A stretch of 59,356 nt of DNA from a virus (lineage: Duplodnaviria; Caudoviricetes), in the IMG/VR virus record IMGVR_UViG_3300010234_000013, positions 1 through 59,356 of that record; one strand, 5' to 3'. The position numbers and the translations under genes are program-made. Below, in pieces: positions 18,334 to 28,396 of this stretch (its first letter is position 1; each line of letters begins with the position of its first letter). A model generated the notes under the pieces. That model worked only from the letters and a program-made list of their open reading frames with translations. It did no database searches and was not told the DNA's origin.

Positions 18334-19117
18334 TTAAATTGTGATCAAATTGTTTGTGTCCGAATAAAACCTTCGGAGTTAAAAACTTTCTTTGTTTACT
18401 TGGTTGCTTACTTCCGTTCGCATCAATTGTTCTGAGTTCAATGATTCTGATTAAGTCTTCTGGTGTATGCCCTTCATTCAATCGCTGCTTGATGATTTCT
18501 ACAGATTCAGAATGATTGGTTGGTAAATGTCGATTTGTTATTTCGACATATCGAGTCATTACTTCAGCAATTTCTTCATGTTCCCCTACTCCATCGATTT
18601 CAAAATCAAAGTTTTTCGTTTCTGCAAAATCAAAATTTTGTGTTTCCTTTTCCTTTTCCTTTTCCTTTTCTGTATCCTTTTCCTTTTCCTTTTCTGTATC
18701 CTTATCCTTATCCTTATCCTTATCCTTATCTTGTAACCCTTTGTTAAGGGTTACGTAAGAGTTACCGAATCTTGTTAAAATAATTTCTAACTGTTTGAAT
18801 TTCAACAATTTATCAATTACTGACTTTTGAGGCGCAACGGATTCTTTTAATCCTCTAGGATATTGGAATTTTAAAAACGAAGGAATAAACCACTCGCCAG
18901 TTTTCAGAAAAATTATTTTATCGTTGAACAGATCCTCAGCTTCTTCTTCTGAATAATTATCACCGATATATGCATTTGCAACAGCAATATTTGGCGACCA
19001 AAAACCTGCATTGTCGCATTTGTCGGTGATGTATATCCAAAATAATTTGTGTTTCGCAGGAAGGCGTGAAAACCATACGTCATCCCATTTTTGCGAATCT
19101 GTGAATCTTTTTGCCAT
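18236..19117 (-). CDS. Phage replication initiator-like protein
   Basis: MAKRFTD..KW..WF N-terminus, DKDKDK/EKEKE linker, RLNEG..FLTPKVLF conserved phage C-terminal domain. Confidence 0.75.
   Translation of the reverse strand: MAKRFTDSQKWDDVWFSRLPAKHKLFWIYITDKCDNAGFWSPNIAVANAYIGDNYSEEEAEDLFNDKIIFLKTGEWFIPSFLKFQYPRGLKESVAPQKSVIDKLLKFKQLEIILTRFGNSYVTLNKGLQDKDKDKDKDKDTEKEKEKDTEKEKEKEKETQNFDFAETKNFDFEIDGVGEHEEIAEVMTRYVEITNRHLPTNHSESVEIIKQRLNEGHTPEDLIRIIELRTIDANGSKQPSKQRKFLTPKVLFGHKQFDHNLNDVKDAQAGRHKRTGNRTTSGELAELTAGLDI
18645..18731. repeat. Hexamer microsatellite (TCCTTT/TCCTTA) in initiator gene
   Basis: Encodes DKDKDK...EKEKEK. Confidence 0.9.
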
Positions 19118-19352
19118 ATATCTATTGAATTTTTATGAAAAACGGTTCAGGTATACCCGTTACCCAAACCGAAACTTTTTAAAAAAACCTTTTTACATTT
19201 TTATACTTCTTGTATTCATCAAATACAAAAAATAGAATAGGTAGTATCATTATTATTTTGATCATAAATAGGCTTGATTTTAGTGTAGAAAAATCGGATA
19301 GCTCATAACTTTTTACAAGCTATTCCGACCAATCTTTTAGAAATAAAATAGT

Positions 19353-19562
19353 TTAATATGCCTCTTCATTTTTGGCTCTTGTGAACAAATAAGGATACCT
19401 GGATTGCCCTAACAAATAAACTCTATTGAGTATCAAATCCTTCGTTTCTATATTTGCTTCTTCTAGTGTTCTTGTCAAGTCAAGTATACATTCAAAGTAT
19501 CCGACTTCTTCATCTGAAAACTTTTTCTTAGCCCCTTTACTTATCTCTATTACTTTCGTCAT
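19353..19562 (-). CDS. Hypothetical protein
   Basis: Small early ORF. Confidence 0.5.
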   Translation of the reverse strand: MTKVIEISKGAKKKFSDEEVGYFECILDLTRTLEEANIETKDLILNRVYLLGQSRYPYLFTRAKNEEAY

Positions 19563-19755
19563 TGTCTTATAGTATTCTGATACAATTATGATTTCTCAGG
19601 TCTTAATTTGTTCAGTTGCAGTTTTGAAAAAATGGTGGCCCTACCTAACCAAATAAAGCCCACCATTTCATAAAAGTGAAACGTATTACTAGCAAATTTT
19701 TACGATTATATTGATGCTTCCGCTTCATGTTATCAACTACTTTTAGCCGATATTT

Positions 19756-19941
19756 TTAATTCATATTTGCAGTCATTGTAGCCATTACAGGCTCACATTT
19801 TTCCTGCTTGTCTATGTAGTTTTGCATCATGAGTGAAATCTCATATTGCATTTCATTTAGATCGTCGCGATCTTCTTCAGTGTAGGTTCTACCGGATTCC
19901 TTTGTCATTGCTTTTTTAAAATCCCTTAGTATTCTTTTCAT
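19756..19941 (-). CDS. Hypothetical protein
   Basis: Small early ORF. Confidence 0.5.
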   Translation of the reverse strand: MKRILRDFKKAMTKESGRTYTEEDRDDLNEMQYEISLMMQNYIDKQEKCEPVMATMTANMN

Positions 19942-19957
19942 GTATTATGAGTTTTAG

Positions 19958-20308
19958 TTATACCGCTGTTTTGTACTGTTGTCCAAACCCTTCAAAAAGG
20001 CTTTTTAAGGCGTTGTCTATCGTCTTCTTTTTGAAAGTGTCTGCTTCTATATGAAATAATACTTCGTCGCTTGAAGGCATCCAGTATTCGACCGGAACGC
20101 CATCTATAGTTTCGTCTTCTCCTATAAAATTATCATCGGCCCAAAACCCACCTGCACCAATATCATATCCATTGGATTCGGCAAATTCTATTTTGTCTAT
20201 TTCCTTTTCAAATACAGTGGAACCGTTATTGAAGAATACGCTAATACTATCCTTCCCGTATCCAGTAAATGAAAAATCGGTGTCTGGTGTAAAGAATATT
20301 GTTTTCAT
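19958..20308 (-). CDS. Acidic hypothetical protein
   Basis: Early ORF. Confidence 0.6.
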   Translation of the reverse strand: MKTIFFTPDTDFSFTGYGKDSISVFFNNGSTVFEKEIDKIEFAESNGYDIGAGGFWADDNFIGEDETIDGVPVEYWMPSSDEVLFHIEADTFKKKTIDNALKSLFEGFGQQYKTAV

Positions 20309-20338
20309 ATTTGCATTAATTATATTAATTTCTTACAT

Positions 20339-20647
20339 TCATTTTAATGCTTGAATCAAAGCATCTTGTGAAATATTAGTGTTAGAATATTGTATTTCCA
20401 ACTCTAGTTGCACAATCAATCCTGCTCGTAGGATTGAAGCAAGAATTAGAGGGTTTTTAATTCTCCTTGCTTTGGCATTTCTAAATTGTAGCTTATTGAC
20501 CTTCGCCAATTCAATTATTCTTGCTCCATAGCCCTTCACGTCTGTACTAAGCTTATCCCACTCAATCAAAAATTCATTTTGATTAATTCTTACAATAGAC
20601 ATTATGCTTTCGTATCTTTCGGTGTATGTCATAGTACAAATGTACAA
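20339..20647 (-). CDS. First gene of leftward early operon (Cro position)
   Basis: Divergent from HTH repressor; minus-strand TACATTTG near 20644-20637 suggests a start a few codons inside the listed ORF. Confidence 0.5.
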   Translation of the reverse strand: MYICTMTYTERYESIMSIVRINQNEFLIEWDKLSTDVKGYGARIIELAKVNKLQFRNAKARRIKNPLILASILRAGLIVQLELEIQYSNTNISQDALIQALK

Positions 20648-20694
20648 TAATAGTTATAATAGTCAAAGAAATTGACCATAAATATTCAAATAAT

Positions 20695-20919
20695 TTGATA
20701 AAGGACGGAGAAATATTACGTAAACTACTGATTATCAAAGATATATCGGAAAAAGAAGTTGCAAAAAAATTTGGAATATCGGAGAGGCAAGTATACAGAT
20801 ATTATGATTCTGAGACCATTTCTAGGAGAAATAGAGAGAAGTTCTTAGACCATTTTGGTATTGACTTGACTATTAAAAACGCCATACTATTTAGGCCAAT
20901 ACTTTGTCCTGGACGATAA
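20695..20919 (+). CDS. XRE-type HTH regulator (repressor position)
   Basis: ISEKEVAKKFGISERQVYRY. Confidence 0.7.
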   Translation: MIKDGEILRKLLIIKDISEKEVAKKFGISERQVYRYYDSETISRRNREKFLDHFGIDLTIKNAILFRPILCPGR

Positions 20920-20973
20920 TTAAATAATTATTTTCTGGACACATATATAAATATTTGATTATATCTTAGTGGG

Positions 20974-21303
20974 GTGAAACGCATTATTAGTGTAATGACT
21001 AATAAATGCAATATGGACACTTCAATATTTTTGCCTGAATCAAAAAAGGTATTTGCCGTTTTGGGAAATGCTATGGTAGAAAGAATCGTAGTAGACAATA
21101 TCGTTTACATAGATTACCTGTTTAACGATTACGGTTGTAGCTGCCGACTCATAGGAGAAAACAATTCATTTTCATTACATACATATTACATCAAGGACGA
21201 AACCAATGACAGGTTTATGGAAGTCCTGGAATGGAGCAATACAGAGTGTTCTAGATTGAATGCAATCATTAGCGAAGGAATAAACGAAACAGCGGATGTG
21301 TAG
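20974..21303 (+). CDS. Hypothetical protein
   Basis: ORF after TATCTTAG promoter-like element. Confidence 0.5.
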   Translation: MKRIISVMTNKCNMDTSIFLPESKKVFAVLGNAMVERIVVDNIVYIDYLFNDYGCSCRLIGENNSFSLHTYYIKDETNDRFMEVLEWSNTECSRLNAIISEGINETADV

Positions 21304-21580
21304 TAATGATTTCATATTTCCGGATGACCTGGATCATGTATACAGAAATCTAGGATTTGCGAAGGTGGAAAAATCGCAAAATGGAAACGAAGAAGTTTAC
21401 ACGTATGACTTTCAAGATTTCGGAGTGCTACTTCAGATAAAAGATGACGGTGAATTCTTCCAGTACAAAATTGTAAAAATGCGAAACCGGACATTGGAAA
21501 GATTAGAAGATATACATGAATGGTACATGGAAGAAATAAACAATATTGAGTCCAACAAACCAACAACACATACTTTATGA
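21296..21580 (+). CDS. Hypothetical protein
   Basis: Coupled ORF. Confidence 0.55.
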   Translation: MCSNDFIFPDDLDHVYRNLGFAKVEKSQNGNEEVYTYDFQDFGVLLQIKDDGEFFQYKIVKMRNRTLERLEDIHEWYMEEINNIESNKPTTHTL

Positions 21581-21783
21581 AAGTTGCTATCAAAAAAGCA
21601 ATACAATCACCAGTAACAATTGTGTTATTGGGAATGGTGTTTTGGTTCTTGTTCTGGTTCGCTGCTATACTATTGTTTCCGGTTATCGAAGGAATCATAA
21701 TGGTATTGATAAGCTATCCAATAGGGATAATAATGTTTTTAGCTGCTAAGTGGTTATGTGATAATCTAGCAAAAGCGATATAA
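21577..21783 (+). CDS. Small two-TM membrane protein
   Basis: Two hydrophobic helices. Confidence 0.55.
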   Translation: MKVAIKKAIQSPVTIVLLGMVFWFLFWFAAILLFPVIEGIIMVLISYPIGIIMFLAAKWLCDNLAKAI

Positions 21784-21796
21784 GAAACGGTACAAT

Positions 21797-22426
21797 ATGC
21801 CTAAAAACTGTCTTGACGAAAAGGACATGAATTTTGTCCATAACTATTTTGGAAAAAAGGAAACCTATAAGGATAGTTTTCAAAGCTATCTAGGTTCCAA
21901 CAAAGAACAATTGTTAAGCAAGTGTAAAAATGCGGATCTAGAAAAAATATTCGGATGGTACATAGACAGCAACATAACGGTAATCAGAAAGGATGCATCG
22001 CATAAACTATCAAGCCATTTAGTATGGAAAGAAGGAATGCGAGTGGTAAGAAGAAAAAGTAATAAGTCCAAGAATGAAATTATTATGCTTAACATGTATG
22101 ATAATTACAAAGAAAAATTCGGACAGGAATTACTAGACGTATACGCTGAATACGAAGACACGTATAATGAAGCAGGTGCGTTATATGCCAATCCTTGTGA
22201 AAACATATATCGTATGATGTACATGTTCCGATATTTTGAATACATAGAAAGAAAGTATTTTATGTCAAGCATACAAAAAATGATGGCAGGAGAAGTGCGG
22301 AGATTAGACACGTTAATCGATGCAAATAGTGCATGGAAAACAAAGCGACTAGAACTAAAGAACAGGCTCAAAGACGATGGGTTTAGAGTAAACTATTCGG
22401 GAATCGCAAATCTTGAATTGGTGTGA
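21797..22426 (+). CDS. Hypothetical protein (candidate late regulator by position only)
   Basis: 209-aa ORF before the packaging genes. Confidence 0.55.
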   Translation: MPKNCLDEKDMNFVHNYFGKKETYKDSFQSYLGSNKEQLLSKCKNADLEKIFGWYIDSNITVIRKDASHKLSSHLVWKEGMRVVRRKSNKSKNEIIMLNMYDNYKEKFGQELLDVYAEYEDTYNEAGALYANPCENIYRMMYMFRYFEYIERKYFMSSIQKMMAGEVRRLDTLIDANSAWKTKRLELKNRLKDDGFRVNYSGIANLELV

Positions 22427-23085
22427 AAGGAAAAGTAGACAAAAGAATAGGGAACGAATTCTGGAAGCTAAGGAATAGGTGTGGAAGAAAAAAGATATTT
22501 GAAAGACCCGAGATGATAATAGAGGCGGCTAATGAATATATTTCTAATTCAAACCCTGTATATACTTTAAGAGAATTTGCAGATAGAAATAACTTTACAA
22601 GGAGTACACTTAATTCTATGGTCGGTGAACACAAAGTCGCGGCATTTAGAGTTAAGGATATGTTTTTTGATTTAAACCATAAGGCATATTTGCGAGGAGA
22701 AATAAATCGCAACGCTATTGCCAAAACAGCATTCGACAGGGGGATTGAGTTGCCCAAATCTCAAATAAGAGAAGGGTATATTGTTAAAACAAGAAAAACT
22801 AGGCCAGTAATAAAACAAGGTGCTGGATTCTGTTACCTCATCAAATTAATGGGCCTCGCAGACAGTATTTATAAAATAGGATTTAGCACAAATCCAAAAA
22901 GAAGGCTTAGAGATATATCGGGGGGCCTACCTTTTAATATAAAGGTTATAAAATGCAAACAAGATTTATTCGCTTTTGAGCTAGAGCAATCTTTACATGA
23001 AATGTTTGAAAACAAAAGAGTAAAAGGAGAATGGTATAAATTAGACAAATCCGATGTGTTACTTGCAACAGGGCATATGAAATAG
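22423..23085 (+). CDS. TerS-like N-terminus fused to GIY-YIG/T5orf172 nuclease
   Basis: GNEFWKLR..GRKKIFERPE; YLIK..YKIGFSTNPKRRL..LEQSLH..GEWY. Confidence 0.75.
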   Translation: MKGKVDKRIGNEFWKLRNRCGRKKIFERPEMIIEAANEYISNSNPVYTLREFADRNNFTRSTLNSMVGEHKVAAFRVKDMFFDLNHKAYLRGEINRNAIAKTAFDRGIELPKSQIREGYIVKTRKTRPVIKQGAGFCYLIKLMGLADSIYKIGFSTNPKRRLRDISGGLPFNIKVIKCKQDLFAFELEQSLHEMFENKRVKGEWYKLDKSDVLLATGHMK

Positions 23086-23090
23086 AAATT

Positions 23091-23552
23091 ATGGCGGCAC
23101 CAAAAGGAAACAAATATTGGCAATTAAGAACTAAAGACGGAAGAGATAAGGAATTCGATTCACCAGAAGAGTTATGGAAAAGAGCATGTCAGTACTTTGA
23201 ATGGATAGACAACAACCCTTTACTCAAGAATGATTTTAAAGGAAAAGATGTAGAAGAAGTAACTTATGAATTACAGCGGCCTTACACCCAAGACGGACTA
23301 CAAATATTCTTAGATATAACCGACAAAACTTGGGGCAATTATAGCAACGGAAAGAACAAATCCTATAAAGATTTTTTTCGAGTCTCTAAGAGAATTAATA
23401 AAATAATCAAGACTCAAAAGTTTGAAGGAGCAACTGCGGGAATATTCAATACAAGCATAATAGCAAGAGATTTAGGTCTAGCAGACAAGAAAGAAGTTAC
23501 AAAGGTCAAAGTAGGAAAAGACAAAATGGAAGAAGTGTGGGAAGATGATTAA
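23091..23552 (+). CDS. terS: Terminase small subunit (P22 gp3-like)
   Basis: MAAPKGNKYW..GR..PEELW..YFEW; QKFEGA..IIARDLGLADK. Confidence 0.88.
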   Translation: MAAPKGNKYWQLRTKDGRDKEFDSPEELWKRACQYFEWIDNNPLLKNDFKGKDVEEVTYELQRPYTQDGLQIFLDITDKTWGNYSNGKNKSYKDFFRVSKRINKIIKTQKFEGATAGIFNTSIIARDLGLADKKEVTKVKVGKDKMEEVWEDD

Positions 23553-24974
23553 ATGGAAAAAGCAAGATTTAGTAAAAAATGGGTAAACCCCGTCTATCAT
23601 GAAATAGAAAAACATGTAAAAACTGAGAATGTCAGAATAATAATATTGTATGGTGGCAAATCAAGTTCAAAGACATTCAGCATTTCACAGTTTACGGCAA
23701 AGGAATCAGCAATACATGGTAAAAGCACATTGGCATATAGAAAGGAAAGCAGCACTATAAAAACAACATTGAAAGAGACATACAAAGCAGCAATTGATTC
23801 ATTTTACCTTAGTGACTTAATAGAGAACTTACAATTTGAATTTAGAAGTGATGCCGGAGGAATAATTTTAAGAGGATTAGACCAGGAAGAAAAAGTAAAA
23901 GGAATAGAGGGTTTTGATTATTTATATTTCAATGAAGGCAATCAATTTACATATAACGAATTCAAACAAGGAAACTTAAGTTTAAGAGGAAAAGAAGGAC
24001 AGAAGATATTCATAGACTTAAATCCGGTATCAAAGGAAAATTGGGTAAAGAAGGATTTTATAGATAGTTATGAGTGGGATGAAATAGACCATACACTTCC
24101 AGGTAAACATTCAAAAGTCTGGAAGTCTGGTGATGGCAAAGTAGTATTGATAAAGACCACTTACTTAGATAATTATTGGACGGTTGGAAGTCCATGTGGT
24201 GAATATGGGTTTCTAGACCAAAATCTTATAGATGAATATGAGGCATTAAAACACAAAGATCCATATAGCTATGACGTAAATGTGATTGGAGAATGGGGTT
24301 ATCCACAAACGGAAATGCCTTTCTTCTCAAACTATGACGATCAGATACATTACACAAGCAATGAATACAAGATAATTGACAACAGGGATTTGTGGTTAAG
24401 CTTTGATTTTAACGTTGAGAATTGCACCATGACAGCATATCAATTCTTTTCACATCTAGATGAAGAAGAAGGCATATATCCAGGAGCATATGCATTAAGA
24501 GAAGTAATCGCAGCAAAAGGAGGAACAAGGGCATTGTGCAGGGAAATAAACAACAGCGAAATCGGAATAAACACAAATAGAAAGTTCTGGAATATTGTTG
24601 GCGATAGTACAGGAGCAGCAGCAAAATCAAGTAGTGATAACATGACGGACTACGATATAATAATGGATGAATTGAAATTGGGAAAAAGCCAGTTCAGCCA
24701 TGTAGCGAAGAAGAATTCAAATCATGAATACAGTAGGAAAGTATGTAATGAATTTTTGTACACAGTTCCATTTGCAATAGATGAAAGATGCGAAAAATTG
24801 CGAAGGGATTTATTGATTGCGGAAACGGACAAGAACGGAAAGTTGTTCAAGGATAGGAGCAAAGGGCATCATATGGACGCTGTAGATACATTTAGATATG
24901 TTGTGAATGCAAGGTTTCCAGGAGGGTTTGAAGACATCAAGCATTTTGGGAAGTTATGTGATATGGTAGGATGA
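23553..24974 (+). CDS. terL: Terminase large subunit (PBSX/SPP1-like)
   Basis: YGGKSSSKT Walker A, LNP coupling motif, SFDFN and DAVDTFRY nuclease motifs. Confidence 0.9.
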   Translation: MEKARFSKKWVNPVYHEIEKHVKTENVRIIILYGGKSSSKTFSISQFTAKESAIHGKSTLAYRKESSTIKTTLKETYKAAIDSFYLSDLIENLQFEFRSDAGGIILRGLDQEEKVKGIEGFDYLYFNEGNQFTYNEFKQGNLSLRGKEGQKIFIDLNPVSKENWVKKDFIDSYEWDEIDHTLPGKHSKVWKSGDGKVVLIKTTYLDNYWTVGSPCGEYGFLDQNLIDEYEALKHKDPYSYDVNVIGEWGYPQTEMPFFSNYDDQIHYTSNEYKIIDNRDLWLSFDFNVENCTMTAYQFFSHLDEEEGIYPGAYALREVIAAKGGTRALCREINNSEIGINTNRKFWNIVGDSTGAAAKSSSDNMTDYDIIMDELKLGKSQFSHVAKKNSNHEYSRKVCNEFLYTVPFAIDERCEKLRRDLLIAETDKNGKLFKDRSKGHHMDAVDTFRYVVNARFPGGFEDIKHFGKLCDMVG

Positions 24975-25101
24975 AAATTTAATTGAAACCGGATATATAT
25001 GAAAACAACTTTAGTATTAATAGCATTAGGCGTATATGTCCTACTCGTATTCTCATTTGTAGTCGTAGTAATTAAGAACATATTTAGCAAAACGAATTGA
25101 A

Positions 25102-25341
25102 ATGTTTTTTAGGAAAAAGAAAAATCAAACCTCTTCAATCAAGATTCAGAACAAGCAAATAGAACCAATCTTGAGAAGATATATCCGATACATACCGGAT
25201 AGCAAGAAAAACAAATTCGCAGATGATCTTCATGCCTTGTATTCTGTAGTATTGAACGAAGCAATGGAAACAATTACAAAATTAGCAACGATAACAGCTC
25301 AAAATGATGAACTGGAAGTTTTGGAAGAAAAAAAGGATTGA
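25102..25341 (+). CDS. Hypothetical protein
   Basis: ORF in operon. Confidence 0.5.
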   Translation: MFFRKKKNQTSSIKIQNKQIEPILRRYIRYIPDSKKNKFADDLHALYSVVLNEAMETITKLATITAQNDELEVLEEKKD

Positions 25342-25894
25342 TTCAAGCATCATTGATGTTGTCTCAATGCATGGAAACAAGTATTCTGTATTAAATCCTG
25401 TTGAAATGCCTTACGTCCGTCAAATGGCTTTATACAGCACCGAATATGAAAGATATTGGGGAATGGAGAAGGAAGACATAATAAAGTTTGACACTGTAAT
25501 GATTGAACAAACTGGATTCCCTGAAGAGTGGAAAAACAAGGATGAATTAATAGCCCGCCTAACGGAAAAATTGAATGCTGTCAATAAGTTGGCAGAAGTT
25601 AGAAAGGCATTGATAGAAGAAGATTTCCAGTATAAGCCATTCATTAAAGCAGCGTGTATTATGATACTGTTGAATGATGAAGATCCGGAACGGATAAACA
25701 TGGAAATGAATCAAGAAAAATTGGCGATGTGCGAGAAACATGAAGATGTAGAACTTTTTTTTTTGAGAGTTATAAGAGCTTCACACTTAAACATGCAAGG
25801 CTTATCAGATACATCCGAGACATGGGATTGGTATCCGAAGGATCATCTCAAGAGCATGGAAAACTTAGTATACCAGAAGATAAAGGAGAATTAA
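25304..25894 (+). CDS. Putative tail assembly chaperone (G-like)
   Basis: Upstream of tape measure; contains T10 slippery run. Confidence 0.6.
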   Translation: MMNWKFWKKKRIDSSIIDVVSMHGNKYSVLNPVEMPYVRQMALYSTEYERYWGMEKEDIIKFDTVMIEQTGFPEEWKNKDELIARLTEKLNAVNKLAEVRKALIEEDFQYKPFIKAACIMILLNDEDPERINMEMNQEKLAMCEKHEDVELFFLRVIRASHLNMQGLSDTSETWDWYPKDHLKSMENLVYQKIKEN

Positions 25895-26085
25895 TAAACT
25901 GGACATTCATAAAACACAAAGACATTGTCGATTACAACATCAATGCACATTTAGATTTAACGGCATTATCGCAATCAAAAGGATGTACAGAAAAGGATTT
26001 GTATACTATGAGCGTACAGGAATATTACATGGCGTATGCTGCTTATAGGTTGTACCTAAAAGAACAGAACAAGGAAACCCCGTAA
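25755..26085 (+). CDS. -1 frameshift extension (T-like) of tail chaperone
   Basis: -1 frame open from TGA at 25741 through T10 (25755-25764) to 26085. Confidence 0.65.
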
Positions 26086-26087
26086 TT

Positions 26088-26127
26088 GGTAACAATCAAG
26101 AATAGGTTAAGGGTTAAGATATATTTG
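26088..26127 (+). promoter_or_regulatory. Late promoter motif
   Basis: GGTAACAAT at 26088, TATATTTG at 26120. Confidence 0.8.
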
Positions 26128-26164
26128 GTATTGATAAAATCATATCTAATTTAATATTTCATTT

Positions 26165-28396
26165 GTGGCCGAGACAGTTGCACGATATAACGCAGTCTTT
26201 GAACTATTAACCAATTCCAAACAAGCAGGAAAGGATATAGACAAAGTAAAGAAAAAGGCCAAAGGTCTTAATGCTGCTTTTGAGGTTGCCAAAGGAACCT
26301 TTGCAGGTATTGTTGCGGTGCAAGCTGTAGAAAAAGCCGTTAGCGGATTAGGTAGATTGTTAAGTAAAAGTGTTCAACTTGCAACTCAGTTTGAACAAAT
26401 GGCGGTATCCTACAAAGTGTTCACCGGATCGGTTGCGGAATCAAAAAAGGTTTTAAAAGAGATAGAAAAATTCAGTTCTGTTACACCATTCCAACAATCA
26501 GAATTACAAGAAGTAGGTAAACAGTTATTATCGTTCGGAACTAATGTAAAGGATCTATTACCTGATTTAAAGGCATTGGGTGGAGTATCAGCAGCAACAG
26601 GAAAAGACTTAGGAAGAATAGGTTTAATATTTGGTCAAGTCCAGGCGAAAGGAAAGTTGATGGGCGAAGAATTGCTTCAATTTAGAGAAGCAGGGATTCC
26701 AGTTGGTGATATATTGGCTACAATCGGCAAAAACGCAGGTGACGCAAATATTAGTTTTGATGACTTAAGAAAAGGGTTTAGAAAGATAACAGGAGAAGGA
26801 GGAAAGTTTGAAGACGCAATAGCGGATCAGGCTAAAACTTTAGGTGGTCTAAAAAGTACAATTGATGATTTAGTGAATAATTCACTGAGAAATTTAGGTA
26901 GGGTGTTCCTTCCTGTATTAAAAGAAGTGAGCAAGACAATTATCAAACTATTGACCCCTGTAAACGATAAGCTTTCAGAATTATCGGAAACAGACTTTGG
27001 AATAAAATTAGCAGCGGAGTTCAAAGCAACTGAAGCGGTTATTTCCGCATGGTCTAATAATATTGGAATAAGAATATCGAATGTAAAACTTGGTCTTGGA
27101 GGTTTAGCCCAAGCAATCAAATTAGCTGTAACAGGAAATGCAAGATTAATATCGGCCTTAGATGCACCTATTGAGAAAGCACAGGAAAAATTAAGAGAAG
27201 GTCTAGTCGATGTTGATGAAATATACAAAGGAGCATTTGAGAAGGCTTTTGAAGAATTGAAAGATAGCATTGATAGCGGGGAAGCCGGAACGGTGATAGA
27301 CGATGTAATAACATCAATAAAAAGCAAATTCAAAGCACAAAAACTGGTAGATGTAGAAGATTGGACAAACATATTGGGTCTTGATGTATCAGGACAAAGT
27401 GAAGTTTCTGACGATGTAGCAGAAGCTATGTTTTCATGGATCAAAAAAGGTGCTGAACTGATCCAGGAAAGCAAACCTTCAGATTTCTTTGAAGGGGATT
27501 TGGTAGATGTAGACGAATGGACAAATGCATTTAGTATAAGCAAGCCTTCCGACAAACCGGATGAACCGTCATTTTTTGAAAAACTATTTGATCTTGAAGG
27601 CGATGAAGGCGAAAAGTTTGAAAAGCTTTTGCAGGATGGATTGAATTCATTAAAAACATTTGCAGCGGAGCGTGCAAGAATGTATGACGATGATATAACC
27701 CAACAAAAAACAAGAGTAGACAAAGCAAATAAAATTGCTGAAGACGGAAATGTAAAGCAATTAGAAATAGAAGAAGCAAGATTAGAAGAACTACAAAGTA
27801 AAAGAGAAAAAGCGGTACAACAACAACGTGCATTGGCAGCAATAGAATTGTCAATAAATAACGCTTTGGCAGCATCAAAAACGGCAGTAGGTATTGCAGA
27901 TGCAATTAAGGCAGGTTTTCCGGCTGCTTTGTTAGCGGTTCCATTAATGATCGGATTAATTAGTCAAGTAGGTGGATCCATCTTAGCAATAAACAACGCC
28001 TTTAGTGCTGTTCCAGGATTCGCAGAAGGTACAGATTATGTGCATGGGCCTGGAACGGGAAAATCTGATTCTATTATAGCGAGACTTTCAAAAGGTGAAA
28101 GGGTTGTGGATTCTGAAACGAATTCTAAAATGGCAGGAGTGTCAAATTCCATGTTACCTGAAGCGGTGGATCTGTACAAGAATGCACCAAGAATAAAGAA
28201 GGATATTATCATAGAAATGAACAGGTATAGAAGGGATGATTTGCAAGAAATGAGAAGCATGAATACAAAATTAGAATTGCTTGTCGATGCCTTTGAAAAT
28301 TCCAAAACCAATGTAAGATTCGACAAAGAAGGGTTTGCATATAGTCAAATAAGACTGAAGGAAAAAATGCTTAAAAGGAAAAGATATATCGCATAA
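26165..28396 (+). CDS. Tail tape measure protein
   Basis: TPF..EL, GKLMGEEL.QF.EAGIP tape domain; GFAEG..GPGTGKSDSI.ARLSKGERV C-terminal motif. Confidence 0.9.
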   Translation: MAETVARYNAVFELLTNSKQAGKDIDKVKKKAKGLNAAFEVAKGTFAGIVAVQAVEKAVSGLGRLLSKSVQLATQFEQMAVSYKVFTGSVAESKKVLKEIEKFSSVTPFQQSELQEVGKQLLSFGTNVKDLLPDLKALGGVSAATGKDLGRIGLIFGQVQAKGKLMGEELLQFREAGIPVGDILATIGKNAGDANISFDDLRKGFRKITGEGGKFEDAIADQAKTLGGLKSTIDDLVNNSLRNLGRVFLPVLKEVSKTIIKLLTPVNDKLSELSETDFGIKLAAEFKATEAVISAWSNNIGIRISNVKLGLGGLAQAIKLAVTGNARLISALDAPIEKAQEKLREGLVDVDEIYKGAFEKAFEELKDSIDSGEAGTVIDDVITSIKSKFKAQKLVDVEDWTNILGLDVSGQSEVSDDVAEAMFSWIKKGAELIQESKPSDFFEGDLVDVDEWTNAFSISKPSDKPDEPSFFEKLFDLEGDEGEKFEKLLQDGLNSLKTFAAERARMYDDDITQQKTRVDKANKIAEDGNVKQLEIEEARLEELQSKREKAVQQQRALAAIELSINNALAASKTAVGIADAIKAGFPAALLAVPLMIGLISQVGGSILAINNAFSAVPGFAEGTDYVHGPGTGKSDSIIARLSKGERVVDSETNSKMAGVSNSMLPEAVDLYKNAPRIKKDIIIEMNRYRRDDLQEMRSMNTKLELLVDAFENSKTNVRFDKEGFAYSQIRLKEKMLKRKRYIA

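Noticed and set aside
18516-18758. Three plus-strand ORFs with FSFS/FPFP/ILIL repeats
   Set aside because: Artefacts of the hexamer repeat in the initiator gene.
26827-27723. 298-aa minus-strand ORF
   Set aside because: Ser/Phe-rich shadow of the tape measure gene.
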